The translations under genes and the position numbers were made by a program. Below, piece after piece: positions 18,396 to 35,199 of a DNA stretch of 64,000 nt; position 1 is the stretch's first letter; each line of letters starts with the position of its first letter. Source of the DNA: Blastocystis sp. Blastoise (taxonomy: Eukaryota; Protista; Bigyra: Opalinata); contig JBBPEB010000014.1 in assembly GCA_039096225.1 (NCBI GenBank), forward strand, positions 2,108,001-2,172,000. The letters run 5' to 3'. The notes beneath the pieces were generated by a model that saw nothing but the letters and a program-made list of their open reading frames with translations, searched no databases and was not told the DNA's origin.

Positions 18396-19043
18396 ATGTC
18401 AAGTTATGCATCCCATGGTCAGACACAAAAGAAATTAACTATCGATGTCGGTTCTAGTGAGATCGTGGATAGTTCTTTTGTTATTAATAAGAAGATCTAT
18501 ACGAGACGTCATGTCAATGTCATTGATTCTTCTATATTTAGTGATGATAATATGATAGATGTCAAGTGCATTGGATCTGGATCAGGGGGTCGTGTTTTTT
18601 TAAAAAGATATACCAAAACAGGTCAACTATATGCAGTAAAAGTATATATAATGTAAAATACAATTTTGAATATATTCATTAAAAAATGATTGTTTTTAAT
18701 AGATTTAAATGAATATAATATACATATTTTTTTTTTATAAAGAGAATTAGTTTATTACTAAAAGAGAAACGTGACCAATTGGAAAAGGAGTTGAGTGTAC
18801 TTCAACTTATTGAATCTGATTCGTAATCTATATATAGATAATCTTATATACATTTATTTTACTATATATATAATAATGTTTTTCGTGTTTTCTTTTTTCT
18901 CTTCTTTTTCTATTTATTAACGTCTTAGATTATTATGTTCATTTTATAATTATATAGACTAGTTCAATTCTATGGCAGTTACGTTTCAAATTATGACGCA
19001 TTCATCGTCCTTGAATATATGGATAGGGGGTCATTGCAAGATG

Positions 19044-19103
<60 letters not shown>

Positions 19104-19247
19104 TTATTATATTTCCTTGTTGATACTATTCTATTTATTTTTTATTAATATTTATAGTTATATATATGTATTATATTTAATTATATTTATCATATTCATT
19201 ATATTTCCAAAATATAACCGTGTTTATTTATATTATACTGTTGTGTA

Positions 19248-19310
<63 letters not shown>

Positions 19311-19417
19311 TATTGCAGGATAAAGTAGGTTTAGCTGAGAATGTTGTAGCAGCGATTATATATCAGTTACTATTAGGACTGCAAATACTTAAACAGCATA
19401 ATATTATTCACAGAGTA

Positions 19418-19452
<35 letters not shown>

Positions 19453-19963
19453 CTTATTATGTTTATGTTTATATCTATTATATTTATTATAAATGTTACT
19501 ATTAAAGATGATTATATATATATATACAGGATGTAAAACCTGGAAATATACTTTTAAATTCCCGCGGGGAAGTGAAATTAACTGATTTTGGAATTAGTCG
19601 TGGATTAGAAGACCGAAGTTTAGCTGTGACTAATATAGGAACAGCTTATTATATGTCTCCAGAAAGAGTTAATGTAAAAGGATATAATTCAAAAGCCGAA
19701 ATTTGGTCAGTAGGAATTATATTATTAGAATGTTTACGCGGGAAATTCCCTTTTCCCGCTATTTATAATCCTTTAGATGTATATATATATATATATATTC
19801 CCGTGATTATTTTAGTATCAAATACTAGTGGAATCGGACTTAACACCCTATTATAGTATATATATATTAATATATATATATATTAATATATATATATATA
19901 TAGAAGATACTAATGAAGAAATATATGAATTATTAACTTATTGTTTCACAAAAGATGTATATA

Positions 19964-20002
<39 letters not shown>

Positions 20003-20176
20003 TATTATTATTATATAGGCCCATCGCCGCCCTCCTGCAGAGACGCTTATAGGCGCGTCGTGGTTCTCGAAAATGAATATTCATAGTATATAACTATAAT
20101 TCTCATATATTTATATATTATAGATAAAGTAGATTGCAAACGAATTATGAAGAATTATCTGGATTCTCATCGTTGA
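18396..20176 (+). CDS. MAP kinase kinase (STE7/MEK family), multi-exon
   Basis: [61 protein letters not shown]. Confidence 0.9.
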
Positions 20177-20772
20177 TGAAAGTATCATCTCTTACAAAAA
20201 TGTTTAATTTTTTTTTAGTTATTAATTCTAAACTTATTCTTGAATACTAATCATATTGATTATTTAAACAAGTTATCCAAATATTTTATCAATTACTATA
20301 CAAAAATACCCACACTATCTTTAATTACCCATGTTAATTATTCCGAACAAGTTTATATTCATTATTTTTTCATCTCCATAATATTACAAACAATTTAATA
20401 AAAATACATAATTTAGTTTCATAAATGTTCATCACAAATAATGCAAATCACTTTGAAAAAGAACTGAAAATGTCCTTATAATATACAGTTCTATTTTGAG
20501 GCTAATAGAATAAAACGAATATTAGTATATTCCTTATAGAATCATGTGAAACATAGAATAATTTGTGACAATAAAAAGAGAAATTATTTGTTTCCACAAT
20601 TATGGTATGACAATTAAGGAAAAAAGTGAATCACGGTTTTAATAAAAACTGACGCAATTCACTGGCTACTTTCACGACTAATTAAAAAGGAGAACAAAAT
20701 TTTTATTTCTTAGTGAAACATCATTCAGAATAAAAAGTATAAAATTCAATATTTCTTTATTTGCTTTTTACA

Positions 20773-22649
<1,877 letters not shown>

Positions 22650-23117
22650 ATATATAATTAATTATAGTTTTATAAATATTTATCTATTTAATTTTTAATA
22701 CTTGAAATGTATGTATTATTTTATAAAGTTCATTTTAAATCATTGTTTTATTTTTTGGTATTATTTATTTACTATAATGATTATAGTCATTTTATATACA
22801 AAATACACTACAATTCACATTATGAAATAATCTTTATGCAATATTAAATTTTCAAATATAATATTTATACTTATGAATATTATTGGGTCATCTATTTTTA
22901 CATAAATGGCTATCATAAAAAATAATAATGAAAGCATATATATATCAAAAACTAAATGTATTATTTAATTATCCCTTTCAGAAACAACTAAAAGATATCA
23001 TTAGAACAAACATTATATATATAAAATAGAATATAATTTACATAGAATAATAATAAGCAATAACAACATGATAGATAAAAATACAATACTATATATATAA
23101 CTTATATATTTATATTA

Positions 23118-23669
23118 CTAATAAAGAATGAAAGCTATAAATGACATCAGAGTAATACAGCATCCAAATACCATCATTAATATATCTATGATTTTATCAT
23201 TTTTAGAGAGATTCAATGTAATTCTATAATGAATAAATGGAGGGAAAACAAATGAAAGAGTAGATACGACCAGAATACACAGTAAACAATCAATTAAAGA
23301 ATAGTATAACGATATATAGTGAATACATATACATATAGAATAATATTAATAATGTATAAAGTAGAAAAAAAAAGAATAATAAAAGGATATGACAATAGAT
23401 AGTTTTTTCTAAAGATGGTAAGAAACCTCCGATAAAACAAACGAAGAAGAGAGCAGTAATACGACATATTATACGCTTCCAATCATGAACAAAGAAGTGA
23501 GTTTCATCTATATATATAATAAATAAATAATAATAAATAAATAAAAAAATAAATAAAAAGATAGATTAATAAATAAACAGATTAATAAATAAATAAATAA
23601 ATAGATTAATAAATAAATAAATAAATAAATAAATAAATAGATTAATAAATAAATAAATAAATTAATTAA

Positions 23670-23708
<39 letters not shown>

Positions 23709-25157
23709 ACATATAATAATAATAATTATTATTATATAATAAATAGATTAATAATAAATAATTATATATATATATACTACTAGTTACCCAAGATTCTATT
23801 GCAATAGCAGCGGGATATACAGCAATAGGATAAGATAATATACAAGTTAATGCTAAACCAATAGAAGCAATTACATAATATATAGAAGAAGAAGGAATAT
23901 TCTCTAATATTAAACCATGTATTTCTGAATCAGCAGAATAGAAGAAAACAGAAAGAGATCCAAATATATAATAAAAACATATACAAGTAACAAGAGATAT
24001 TATTAATACAGGGAAAAAATGAGTCTTCTTTGCCATACTAGCATGAGAAGAAGCACCAATAAAAGCAACACCAAGTGAAAAGCAGAGAACACCAAATATA
24101 TTAGCGATTGATAATGGATTACGTGGTAACCACATAGCATTATCATAATGAAATCCATATGTTACTCCTCCATATCTATATATATATATATATATATCAT
24201 TAATAATAATAATAGTTGTCATTAAAAAAACAATTTATTTATATAAATAAATATATTAGTAATATTAAGAGTTAATAATATATATATATATATATATATA
24301 TACATAGTAATAATAATGAATACAATTAAAAGGATGATATTTCCAAGATGTGATGCTATTACTATATTCCTATTAATATATATATAACAATAATATATAG
24401 TATTCATGAATATAATTTATTAATAAAGAACAAAATAACTATTCACAAAAATATAAATAACTTAAATTTATAAACAATATTAATTAACATAAATATATAT
24501 ATATATAGCATATAATATATATACTGATAATTATTTAATAATGCCAAAGGAGATGTAAGAATAAAATAAAATAATGTCCAAAAATAAGTTTTGTTAGCAA
24601 AATCAAAACTCATACTTTTCCAGTCAAAACTACAAAGTAATTTATCATATAGGATCTAAAGAATATTGATACATGATTAAATGAGAATTCTTATAATGAT
24701 AGAATAAACAACAAATGAATAAATAGAAATATCTTACTATATAGAGAATGGATCCTCCAAAGAACAGTATAGAATAGCAACATATCATTATCCATTTACC
24801 ATACTGAGGAACAGCAATAATCATCTCATCAATATATAAGCCATATTTCAAATCATCTTTTAAAATATGTACAGAATTCATTAAACGATTCATAGACAAT
24901 GTCAACCACAATATAGCAATAGATCCTAATATAAATGTAGCAGTAAATCCAGCCTATATCAACATTTAAACGAATCCTAAAAATAGCTTATATAAATACA
25001 TTGTGTATAGCCAATGGTATGTAGATAGCACCTGAGAACAAACCAAGCTTTAGGAGATTTCCAAAATCCTGGAAAATGAATGATGATTCAGATTTATGTT
25101 GTTATTTAAATTCAAATTATATACTTGAATAATTTGACTGTCTAATAACTTAATCAT
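23118..25157 (-). CDS. Amino-acid transporter (AAAP family), paralog 2, chimeric
   Basis: Divergent 5' half (DFGNLLKLGLFSGAIYIPLA). The exonic segment 23420-24200 is essentially identical to paralog 1. Confidence 0.85.
23282..23390 (-). other. U12-type AT-AC intron
   Basis: 5' ATATCCTTT, branch TCTTTAAT, ends TTTAC. Same position and phase as in paralog 1. Confidence 0.85.
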
Positions 25158-26247
25158 ATACGATTTATTCTTTTAAAAAGATTTATATATCAGAATATTT
25201 TCACTATTAAAACAAAAAAGTAACTCCAAAAAAATATTCTTTAGGTTTTGTTAAGAAATCTCTCTAGTTATCTGCCATTACACATTAAAGCCTTTCTAAA
25301 AAATAATTTTATGGATTCAAGGACTCAATACTTTAATTTTAAAGTCAATTTCAATTTTAACATTTTAAATTATTACATATAAATTACATTTTTTTATCTA
25401 ATTGAATTTGTTTTAGGATCTATCATACTAAAATTTGAACGGAAATTACATTTACTTATCTAATCACAATCAGCACATCTCATATACGTTAGAAAACTTT
25501 GTATACTCATGATCTTATAAACATAATACTATTTAGCTCTCTTTCTGATCGTTTATTCATGTTTTACATTGACACAAAATGCCATTATCACGAAAACTGA
25601 ACAGATACCTATATGAAATAGTGTTAGAACAAGTGTAACTATTGTTGCAACATAATACAACTCATTTGGTTATCCATAATTAGTCATCGATTGTTTTTTT
25701 TTCAATAATCTTCTAATTTTTATTCTTTATTTTTTTTTTCTGTGTATCCTAATATTTTTCATAATGTCTCAAATTTATTCTTTGACCTAAACAATCAAGT
25801 TACTTTCATCAAAAAGAGAATAGCAAATCTATGTTTACAAAAAAAAATGGTTTTATAATATATATTGTATATTTCACACTTAGATTTATGATTTTATCAT
25901 CATAATTTTATTAATCGTTAAAAATGAAACAGCATTATTCACTACCAAGCGCAATCACTTATTTATACCTATTCCTTTGTATCGAATTGCTATGTTATTT
26001 TACAAATCAACCAATTATTGAGTAACATAACAATAATTAAACCATTATACTATAGTATAGTGTTCACTATTGACTGTCAAGAAATAATCATGGAATTCTT
26101 TAAATTAGACCAAAGATAGTTTGATTCCCGTGATTATAGTTTTTTCGCCTATATTATACTTGAAAAGAATGAATTTGGTTTTTAAAAAAGAATGTTAAGA
26201 AAACAAATTGATTCATTCATTTAATTTTAATAAGATTTATAGGAAAT

Positions 26248-27858
26248 ATGAAGAATATCTTACTCTTCTTTTTTGCTATTACAGTGTTTTCTTTGACTTG
26301 TCCAGATACATATTATTTATCTGGACAGAGTTGTTTGTATTGTGCTGGTGTTGTTGAAGATGGTGTCTGTACTCCTTGTCCTGCAGACCAATATCCATTA
26401 GATGGTGTATGCCTCCCAAATACTTCTACTTGTGAAGATAATGTTTTATTTGGTCAAACAGTTGTTGCTAGTGAATGTGATCCAGGTTACTTCGGTGTGA
26501 TTACAAAGACCTGTAGTAGAACTCGTGCTGGATTAACTAAGAATGAATTTACAAATGGTTGTTTTTCAAGAGCTAAAAGTAATGGTGGTATTCCTATAGG
26601 TAAAGTTGGTATTGATATGGTATTAGATATCACAGGTGTTCCTTCATATAAGATTACTCATGAAACTAGAGTATCTATCATTTATGCTCTCGTCAGTGTT
26701 TTCCCATTTGCAATTGGTGATATACAAATTGGTGCTATTTATAATATAAATGAAATTGATGAAGAACCTCATCTGAAAGTTATCGTTCGTATTGTTACTA
26801 TGCCTGAATATGTTTATCTCTTCTTAGCTGCTGAAAATAGTGGTTTTGATAATAATGAATCTGCTAGTTATCAAGTTACTTATTTATTAAGAAATGATTT
26901 ATCTTTAATCTTTCATTCCTATTCTTGGGTATCTATTACTTATGTATGGGCTATAGAGAATAAAGTTGAATGTTTAACTCCTGAGAGTGAAATTCCAATT
27001 AATGGTACTGTCAATAAAAAATATGAATTAAATGAATATATTTATTATGAATGTGGTAAGATTGGTTCCATTGAATATATTGGTCATGTTAGTCGTCGTT
27101 GTTCTTTAATTAATGGTTTTGCTGCTTGGAGTGAAAAATCATATGCTAATTGTGTTGCCAAGATACCTGGTAATACTGGATCTGATGAGACTGGAGGTTC
27201 TGGATCAGGTTCTGGTGGCTCTGGTAGTGGTTCTGGATCTGGCTCTGGTAGTGGATCTGGTTCAGGTAGTGGATCTGGTTCTGGCTCAGGTAGTGGTTCT
27301 GGTTCTGGATCAGGCTCAGGTAGTGGATCAGGTTCTGGTTCTGGTTCTGGTTCTGGATCAGGTTCAGGTAGTGGATCTGGTGGTTCTGGCTCTGGTTCTG
27401 GTGGTTCTGGTAGTGGATCTGGTAGTGGTGAAATAGAATATGCTGGTGCTATTCATTATTTAGATTTCGTTGTTCAATTACATGGTGTTAATTATGATTA
27501 TATTAATTGTAATATTACTTTAGAATTCTTCCCATTATTTGTTGAAGTAGCAGAAACTCGTTTAGCTGATATTAATGTATTTGATTTTATAGGATTTACT
27601 TCTGAATATAATAATAAGCCATCAACAATGTTTAGAGTTCGTTATGTTGTTAAAGATGGTTTATATCATCATATTGAAAATAAAAAGCTTGTCGTAGCTC
27701 TACGTGATAAAATTATGAATAATAATTTTGAAACTTTTACTCAAGCTATTACTGAGAAATTACAATATTTAGATAGCAATCGATTCCATTCTGCTATGAT
27801 TACCACTATACAAGATTTTACTATTGATGGTAAAGTTGTTAATGTTAATAACGAATAA
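26248..27858 (+). CDS. Secreted/surface Cys-rich protein with ~80-aa Gly-Ser linker, intronless
   Basis: 536-aa ORF with signal peptide, Cys-rich N-terminus, two related modules and (GS)n at ~27190-27429. Confidence 0.85.
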   Translation: MKNILLFFFAITVFSLTCPDTYYLSGQSCLYCAGVVEDGVCTPCPADQYPLDGVCLPNTSTCEDNVLFGQTVVASECDPGYFGVITKTCSRTRAGLTKNEFTNGCFSRAKSNGGIPIGKVGIDMVLDITGVPSYKITHETRVSIIYALVSVFPFAIGDIQIGAIYNINEIDEEPHLKVIVRIVTMPEYVYLFLAAENSGFDNNESASYQVTYLLRNDLSLIFHSYSWVSITYVWAIENKVECLTPESEIPINGTVNKKYELNEYIYYECGKIGSIEYIGHVSRRCSLINGFAAWSEKSYANCVAKIPGNTGSDETGGSGSGSGGSGSGSGSGSGSGSGSGSGSGSGSGSGSGSGSGSGSGSGSGSGSGSGSGSGSGSGGSGSGSGGSGSGSGSGEIEYAGAIHYLDFVVQLHGVNYDYINCNITLEFFPLFVEVAETRLADINVFDFIGFTSEYNNKPSTMFRVRYVVKDGLYHHIENKKLVVALRDKIMNNNFETFTQAITEKLQYLDSNRFHSAMITTIQDFTIDGKVVNVNNE

Positions 27859-27946
27859 GAAACATTATAAAATATATTATGTTATTTTTATTTATTTATT
27901 TTTTTATTTATTTTTTTTTTTATTTATTTTTATTTATTTTTTATGC

Positions 27947-27977
<31 letters not shown>

Positions 27978-28244
27978 TTTTATTTTTCTAAATATTTTTC
28001 TCTTTCCTTTTTTTTCTTTAATATATATTTTCTATATATATAGTTTTCACTATAAATAATCCATTTGAATTATTATCTCATTATATTTATTTTTATTTAT
28101 TTTTTATTTATTATTTATTTTTTTTCTTCGTATTTTTCAGTAAATATATATATATGCTTTATTTTTTCAATTATAATAAATTCTTCATAACTATTTTTTT
28201 TTTAATTCATAAATATTACTATATTTGCATTTTAATTTTTAATA

Positions 28245-28304
<60 letters not shown>

Positions 28305-28960
28305 TTTGTCATATCATAATTTATCAGCAATAATTTTCTATTTCTTTTTTTTTTTTATTCTTAATTTATTAATATGTATATATCATTATATTGTAATCTA
28401 TTTTCTCATATATATATTATATGTTTTTTAAATAATCCATATATATATATATTCTCTTTATACAGTTGAAAAGTATATATTTATATTCATAATTTCAACT
28501 GGTATACTTCAAGTTTTCTTTTGCCTTGATTTTTTTTTTCTTTCTACATTATATATATCTTATTATTTTTATAATTTGTTTTATAATTTTTTATTATAAT
28601 AACTCTTTTATATATATATATATATATTTTTTCAACCTATTCTGTATATACATTTTTTTTTTTTGTTACAAATATTTCGTTTTTATTATATATTTGTATT
28701 TTTCTTTAAATATATATATTTTTTTACTATATTTTTCTTCGATTCCTTGTATTCAGTTTATGTATATTTGTTTTTCCTCAATAAATTGTTCTTTTTTTTT
28801 ATATTTTTTAGTTTTGTTATTATAAATTTTCGATATCACATAAGAAAAACTAGTTTATCATTGTAATATAAATATATAAGAATATTTTACTAAAAATAAT
28901 TTGATATCAGTTAATAACACTAAATAGTGGATTATATTTTACATGGCAATTCTAGTATAA

Positions 28961-29910
28961 TTATGAAGAAAAGAGAAACGATAGTATTGATTTAAAGACA
29001 TTATATTCACGAGGAAGCATATATTCTATGATTCTTAATGGTGTTATATTTACTCCTATATAGTATATGTTGTAATCAATGATTTTTATTAATATTTGTT
29101 ATTATAGTATTCTTTAAGAAAATATATATATATAAATATATATATTATTGATTTTATACGTGTTGAAAAGATATATAATGAGAGCATCGCCAATGAAATG
29201 TAAAACACAATATCTAAATTAAATGATATTTTATTTCTTTGTTTACGAACACTATATATAGAATAAAGAATAAATATTATATTAATAAATATAATAATAA
29301 ATATAATAATAACTATAATAAGAATAATAATAATATATATATACTCTTCAAATGGAATACCTTGAACTTTAGTTTGATCTTTCTTTATACTATAATTAAT
29401 TTCCTTTTTATTATGAATATCGACATCATTTTCAACTTTGTAGATAGTTGACGATTTGAATTCATCTAATGCTTTCACCGTTTCCTTATCATTCAATTTA
29501 TTATCTTCATCATGATCAATGTCTTCCTCTTTGTCAGATGATTTAGATGTCTTTTTATTTTGTTCTTGTTTCTTAGATTTCTTCTTTTTCTTCAATTCAC
29601 CCGTCTCATTAGATTTATTTTCTTTTGAAATCTCATTTTGTTCAGATAATTGACGAATAAGTTCTTCATCATTCTCATCTTCAGGTTTGAATGAATCTAT
29701 CGGTTTACCAGGATATCTAAAAAAATAATAAACATAACAATGAAAAACATGCAAGATGAACACACAGCACAGAAAGAGACCTAGTGAGAATCCTCCAACA
29801 ATACTCTTTGAAAAATATGCAATGGAATCCTTGAATTCATAGATAATGTTCTATAGACGAATGAGTTGTTTAAAGAAATTTTACATTACAATTAATTTTG
29901 AAACGAACAT
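28961..29910 (-). CDS. Hypothetical membrane protein, multi-exon
   Basis: GT-AG introns join MFVSKLI/NIIYEFKD...GGFSLGLFLC, a charged K/E-rich middle, and DIVFYISLAMLSLYIFSTRVNITPLRIIEYMLPREYNVF. Confidence 0.6.
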
Positions 29911-30083
29911 TTTGTTGAATATATTTTTTAATATATAATTTATGTATATATTTCTTTTTTAAAGTAATAACAAGACTACTAAAAAACTGTGTTTATTGAG
30001 GGAGCTGTTCTTCGTTTCATCCCACTAAAAAGTAAACTGCCTACTTTATATCGATTTCCCTTGGGAATAAGGGATTGAAATGA

Positions 30084-30225
30084 GGGATAATTTATGCTCA
30101 GCATAGTATGACGAAAAAATTCATGCTCAGCATAGTATGGCCAATAGGCTACCCGCCTATTGGCCTGGTCTACTATGCATACTCTAAAGAAAACACCTTC
30201 TACTATGCTGAGTGTGAATTACGCC
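30084..30225. mobile_element. MITE-like element: 25-bp imperfect terminal inverted repeats, 10-bp direct flanking repeat, central hairpin
   Basis: ATTGAAATGA at 30074-30083 and 30226-30235. TIR GGGATAATTTATGCTCAGCATAGTA versus reverse complement GGCGTAATTCACACTCAGCATAGTA (20/25). Central GGCCAATAGGC-5nt-GCCTATTGGCC. Confidence 0.65.
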
Positions 30226-30519
30226 ATTGAAATGAGAATGAATAATATATAATGCCGTTAAACATGGTAGAGACATCTATTTGTTACGTCATTTCAAAAC
30301 AAAAAGGATTGTTTTCTCATAATCATGTTTATTATGGGATCTATAGTGAGTTCTACCCAATTAATCGTGATTCTATAGTTTGTTATAAATGAATACGAAA
30401 GAAGGTGAATCATTGTTCTTCGAATCAGACGCAATCAGAATTTTTAGACTTTTTGTTTTTTTTTTAAATTTTTTATTTCCTTTAAATTCACTATATTTAT
30501 TAAAATATAATACAAAAAT

Positions 30520-31657
30520 ATGGAATCAAAAAGCAATAAATTTATTACTAGTATATTTCTGATACATAGGCGTTAATCATTTGTAGATTATTTGGTTGCC
30601 TACAATGCTTTCTGTCTTGTTGGTTGGAGTTATGTATTAATCAAATCATGTTGCATTGCATTCAATCCGTAATTATATTGATTAATGATTATTTGTTCAC
30701 TAATCAGTTTTCTTCGTTTTTTATCTCTTTTTTTATGTTTTTTTATTGAATATATATTTGATATATGTATATATAGTGAAGTAGATTTCTGGGCTGCCAT
30801 TAGTTTTCCTTTAAAAGTTTGTCAAACTACTGCTCTTCTTGAAATTCTCCATTGTCTTATTAGAATAGTTCATTCTCCTGTCTTCTCTACTTTTGTTCAA
30901 GTATTTTCTCGTCTTGCTGTTCTTTGGGGATTAGCGAATGTGTCTCCTGATGCTCAACAATTCTGGGGATTTAAGTTAATGGTTATCAGTTGGTCTCTTG
31001 TGGAACCTCCTCGTTATTTATTTTATCTCTTTAAATTAATGGATTTAGAAGTCCCTACTTGGTTATTATTCTTAAGATATCATCTCTTTATTGTATTATA
31101 TCCTACAGGAATTACTGGTATATTTTTATATTCTATCTTTCTTATAGTATAATTCATTTGTATTATTATATGTTTTTATTATATGTATTATATATTATTA
31201 TTATTATATTTATTATATAGGTGAAATAAGCGTTTTATTAAAATCATTAAAATATATTAAAGAATCTCAAGTATATAAAATTATATTATTATATTATTAT
31301 ATTATCATTATTATATATATATAGATTTGGTCAGTAAGTCTTCCGAATCCTTGGAATTTCGCTTTCAGTTATTACTATTTTGTTTGTTGTTTACTTCTTA
31401 TTTATATTCCTGGTATATTATTATTTATTGTATTATTATAACATTTATTATTATTACATTTATTATTATTACATTTATTATTATTATATTTATCTATTAT
31501 TATATTTATTATTATAACATTTATTATAGGTGGTCCTTTCATGTATAATGTTATGATTAAGAACCGTGAAAAGAATGTATGTTGCTTATTATAAATATAT
31601 ATCTATAATCTATTTATATTTCTCTAGTGGGTCAATAGAAAGCCTAAATCAGATTAA
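30520..31657 (+). CDS. Very-long-chain 3-hydroxyacyl-CoA dehydratase (HACD/PHS1/PTPLA)
   Basis: YLVAYN, QTTALLEILH, TFVQVFSRL, WSLVEPPRYLFY, LRYHLFIVLYPTGITGE, YIPGGPFMY. Confidence 0.93.
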
Positions 31658-31948
31658 AACAAATAAGTATTTACACATCTTTATATAAAACACATTAAAA
31701 ATAAAATTATTCCTTAATTAACATTGTTTTTGTTAGAGTTATATCCATAAAATATAGAGAATAATATCTACTATAATAGACACACTACTTCATATATAAA
31801 AAACGATAATAAAACAAACAAAATTTCATTTAAATATGTTTTTTATCAGTAAAATAGAGGAATAATATATATATATTGCATTTATTGGTTTTATATTAAT
31901 AGCATTATGAAGAAACTTGAAAAAAAGAAGAAATAAATCATTTCATTA

Positions 31949-32182
31949 TTATTCTTTTGCCAATTGCTGCTCTTTCAATAATGTAATTCTTCGTTCCATA
32001 GCTTGATGATTCATATTCGTAACCCATTTGTCTCGTTTTTGAAGCTCAAAATCGTATTCATCTTGAAGAATAGGACGACGCATTTTACCAAATCTCATTT
32101 TATTGGAAAGGGCAATACAACCTCCCATAGCTGATACACCAGCAGCAATAATAATCAGAGGACCAGTGAATTGAAGCGGCAT
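31949..32182 (-). CDS. NDUFA1: Complex I subunit NDUFA1 (MWFE)-like
   Basis: 77 aa: MPLQF start, one TM helix, GKMRR...DEYDFELQKRD. Matches the family pattern GK..R...D.W...L..RD. Confidence 0.7.
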   Translation of the reverse strand: MPLQFTGPLIIIAAGVSAMGGCIALSNKMRFGKMRRPILQDEYDFELQKRDKWVTNMNHQAMERRITLLKEQQLAKE

Positions 32183-32817
32183 CTTATTTGTGAATCTATT
32201 GTGAATATTACTTATTTATAAGAAGAAACCAGAATTCTTACTCTTTAGAAGGCATATTCAAGAAATGTTTCCCGTTCCATTAATTCTCACGGAAATTTTC
32301 ATCTTTTTACAGGTCTTATTTTCTATAAAGACCCTAATGTTTCTCTTTTTCTTGGCTTTTTTATAAAAAAAGGAAAACAAAGAACACGGGAATCTTTTGA
32401 GTTCTCCTTTTATTTTCATTTTTTCATTTTCAAGTCCTTTTTAAACAAAATTTTTCTTTATCTAAAACTCATCTCAAACTCAATAGTTTTGTGTCTTATA
32501 TCATATTTGCTTCTAAAATAATTATAAATAACTTCAGATATCTTTTTGCCAATTATTAAATCTTTTTTCTTCGAACAACATTAGATTTTTTTGATCATTC
32601 ATAACTTGGATAAAAAAATGACTTGCTTGTCATGGAGTATTGAAATGGATAACCTTAATTAATAAGAGAACACGCAAATCTTTATTTTTAACATTTTAAA
32701 TAACTAACGAAGTTATATCTTTTTTTGTGTTTTCTTTTGTGATATGAAAAAATATATATATATATTTTAGAAACATACTTATTTTTAATTCCTGAAATCA
32801 TTTTATAACTAGCCTGT

Positions 32818-33801
32818 ATGAATCTGAATAATAAAGATATCATTTATGCACTTGCATTTGCTTCCATTCAATTGAATAACTCAGTCCCAATGCCTATTGG
32901 AAATGGATCTCAAATCAGTCAAGTTTCTTTAGAAGACACTGATATAGCATCTGTTATTGATAAACTATGCAATTTATTTCATAAAATCTTTCTTCAATGC
33001 TATCGTAATGAAATAGACAAAAATACACTACGACTTCATTCTGGAAGAATCCTTAGTAAGTACGAAAAAAACATTCATAATCAATATAGGCTATATATAT
33101 AAATCTTTGTCATATGCGTCTATGTTACAAATCCAAAATGATGCTAATCAATCTACTTTATATTGTCAATGCGATCAATGTTTTGAAATATTCAAGTCAT
33201 TTATTGAGCAAGTGTGTGGTATTATTATTCGTCCAGAACTAATAGTTATGTTTTGTAGCATAGAAAATGATTCTGAAAAACAAATGATACAGAAGCATGA
33301 AATTCAATCAAACTTTTCTAAATTACTAATATTCTTATGTGAAAATGATATACAAGAATGTTCTAAATCTTTCATATCTCCTATAACAAATATACCTATA
33401 TCTTTTGTCATTATATTAATTGAAATTGAAACAATTCAAGAATGTCTACACACATTTCTATCAAGGAATTCACAAGATCAATCATTGCTAAATGAAGGAA
33501 TGAATCTGATACTATCAACACTTCAACAAAATATCAGGTATTTTTAATTCTATAGATTTTCATAAAGCGTTTTTATATTATCGTTAATAGATCCATAATG
33601 ATTACAAGTAATAGAACACGAATAAATCAATTAGATTCTTTACAAATCATATCCAAGTTAAATAATCTTTCAAGAAGATTCTCTAACGAATACCATTTAC
33701 CTTATTTTTCAACTAAAATTCAACTAATTCTAGAAACCATAGAGAAAACAAGACAAGATGCAGATGAACTGAATTATGAAACAAGTCTAACTGAAAGTTA
33801 A
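32818..33801 (+). CDS. Hypothetical protein, 3 exons
   Basis: Three ORF segments joined in frame by short GT-AG introns. No recognisable motif. Confidence 0.6.
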
Positions 33802-33878
33802 AAAAAGAAACTGAATTATTTTCTTTTATTGATTCTTACATATTAAGTGTTTTGTTAAATTTAAAAAATCAATAAAAT

Positions 33879-35134
33879 ATGTTACAAAGAGCAATTCAAT
33901 ATTTACCAACTGTTGTATCGTTATCAAAAAACACATTTATTCGATCATTGTCTACAAGTCTGAAGACATTTGGTATCGCTTGTGATATTGATGGTATGTT
34001 GACAGTCTTATATATATATATATATATATATATATTTAAATCATTAGGAGTTTTATTGAAAGGAAAGCAATTGATTCCAAGAAGTGACGACGCTATTCGA
34101 TTTTTACAAGATAAAAAGTATTTTTTTTTATATATCAAAGATATGACTTTAAATTTTTAGAATACCTTTTTGCTTTATGACAAATGGAGGTGGTTTATTA
34201 GAAAGTGATCGCATTCATTTCCTTGAAGAAAAATTACATACTCATCTAGATCCAAATCAAATCATTCAATCTCATACACCTATGCAAGAACTACTTTCAC
34301 AATATAGAAACAAGAAAATTTTAGTATGTATAGGTGTTGTTTATATGTTTTTTTTATGTTTATTTTACGTATATATTTAATGTATATATGATTATTATAT
34401 ATATATAGGTTTTAGGAAGTAAGCAATATTTAGAAGTGAGTCAACATTATGGGTTTGCTAAAGGAATTACTCCCCAAGAATTCTTAGCATTACATCCTGA
34501 GTATTACCCTCCTAAACATTATAGTGTTACTAATGAACGAAAACAAGTGCTTTTAACATATGATGACGAACCCTGCGTCGCTATTCTTGTGTTACATGAT
34601 CCTATCGATTGGGCAAGTGGTATATATATATGTTATAATCATTTATTTTTCTCTTTTTTATTATTCATTTTCATATAGTTATACGTTTTATATTATTGTT
34701 TTTTTTTTAATGTTATATATATATATATATATATATATGTCATTTTGTTTTGCTATATATTATTTTATATTTTATAGAGAAATCATATATATATATATAT
34801 AGAAATACAGATATGTATGGATGTATTAACAACACCTTCCGAAAGAAAGAATACAATTTCTTCTTCTCCTTCTCCTATTCAGTCTGTTCCTATATATGTA
34901 GGAAATCCTGATTTATTATATAGTGGTGTATGTAAACAACCGCGCTTGGCTTGCCGCGCATTTGTAGAGGCCCTCAATGGGGTCTTTTTCAGTGAATATC
35001 ATACCAATTTAAATATTCGTATATATATAATAATAATATTATTATTATTATTATACTTATTACATATATTATAATATTTATTATTATTACTATACTTATT
35101 ACATATATTATAATATTTAATATTATCATTATTA

Positions 35135-35199
<65 letters not shown>

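Noticed and set aside
30094-30140. 17-bp direct repeats as a CRISPR-like array
   Set aside because: Only two copies 12 bp apart, in a eukaryotic context, and part of a palindromic element.
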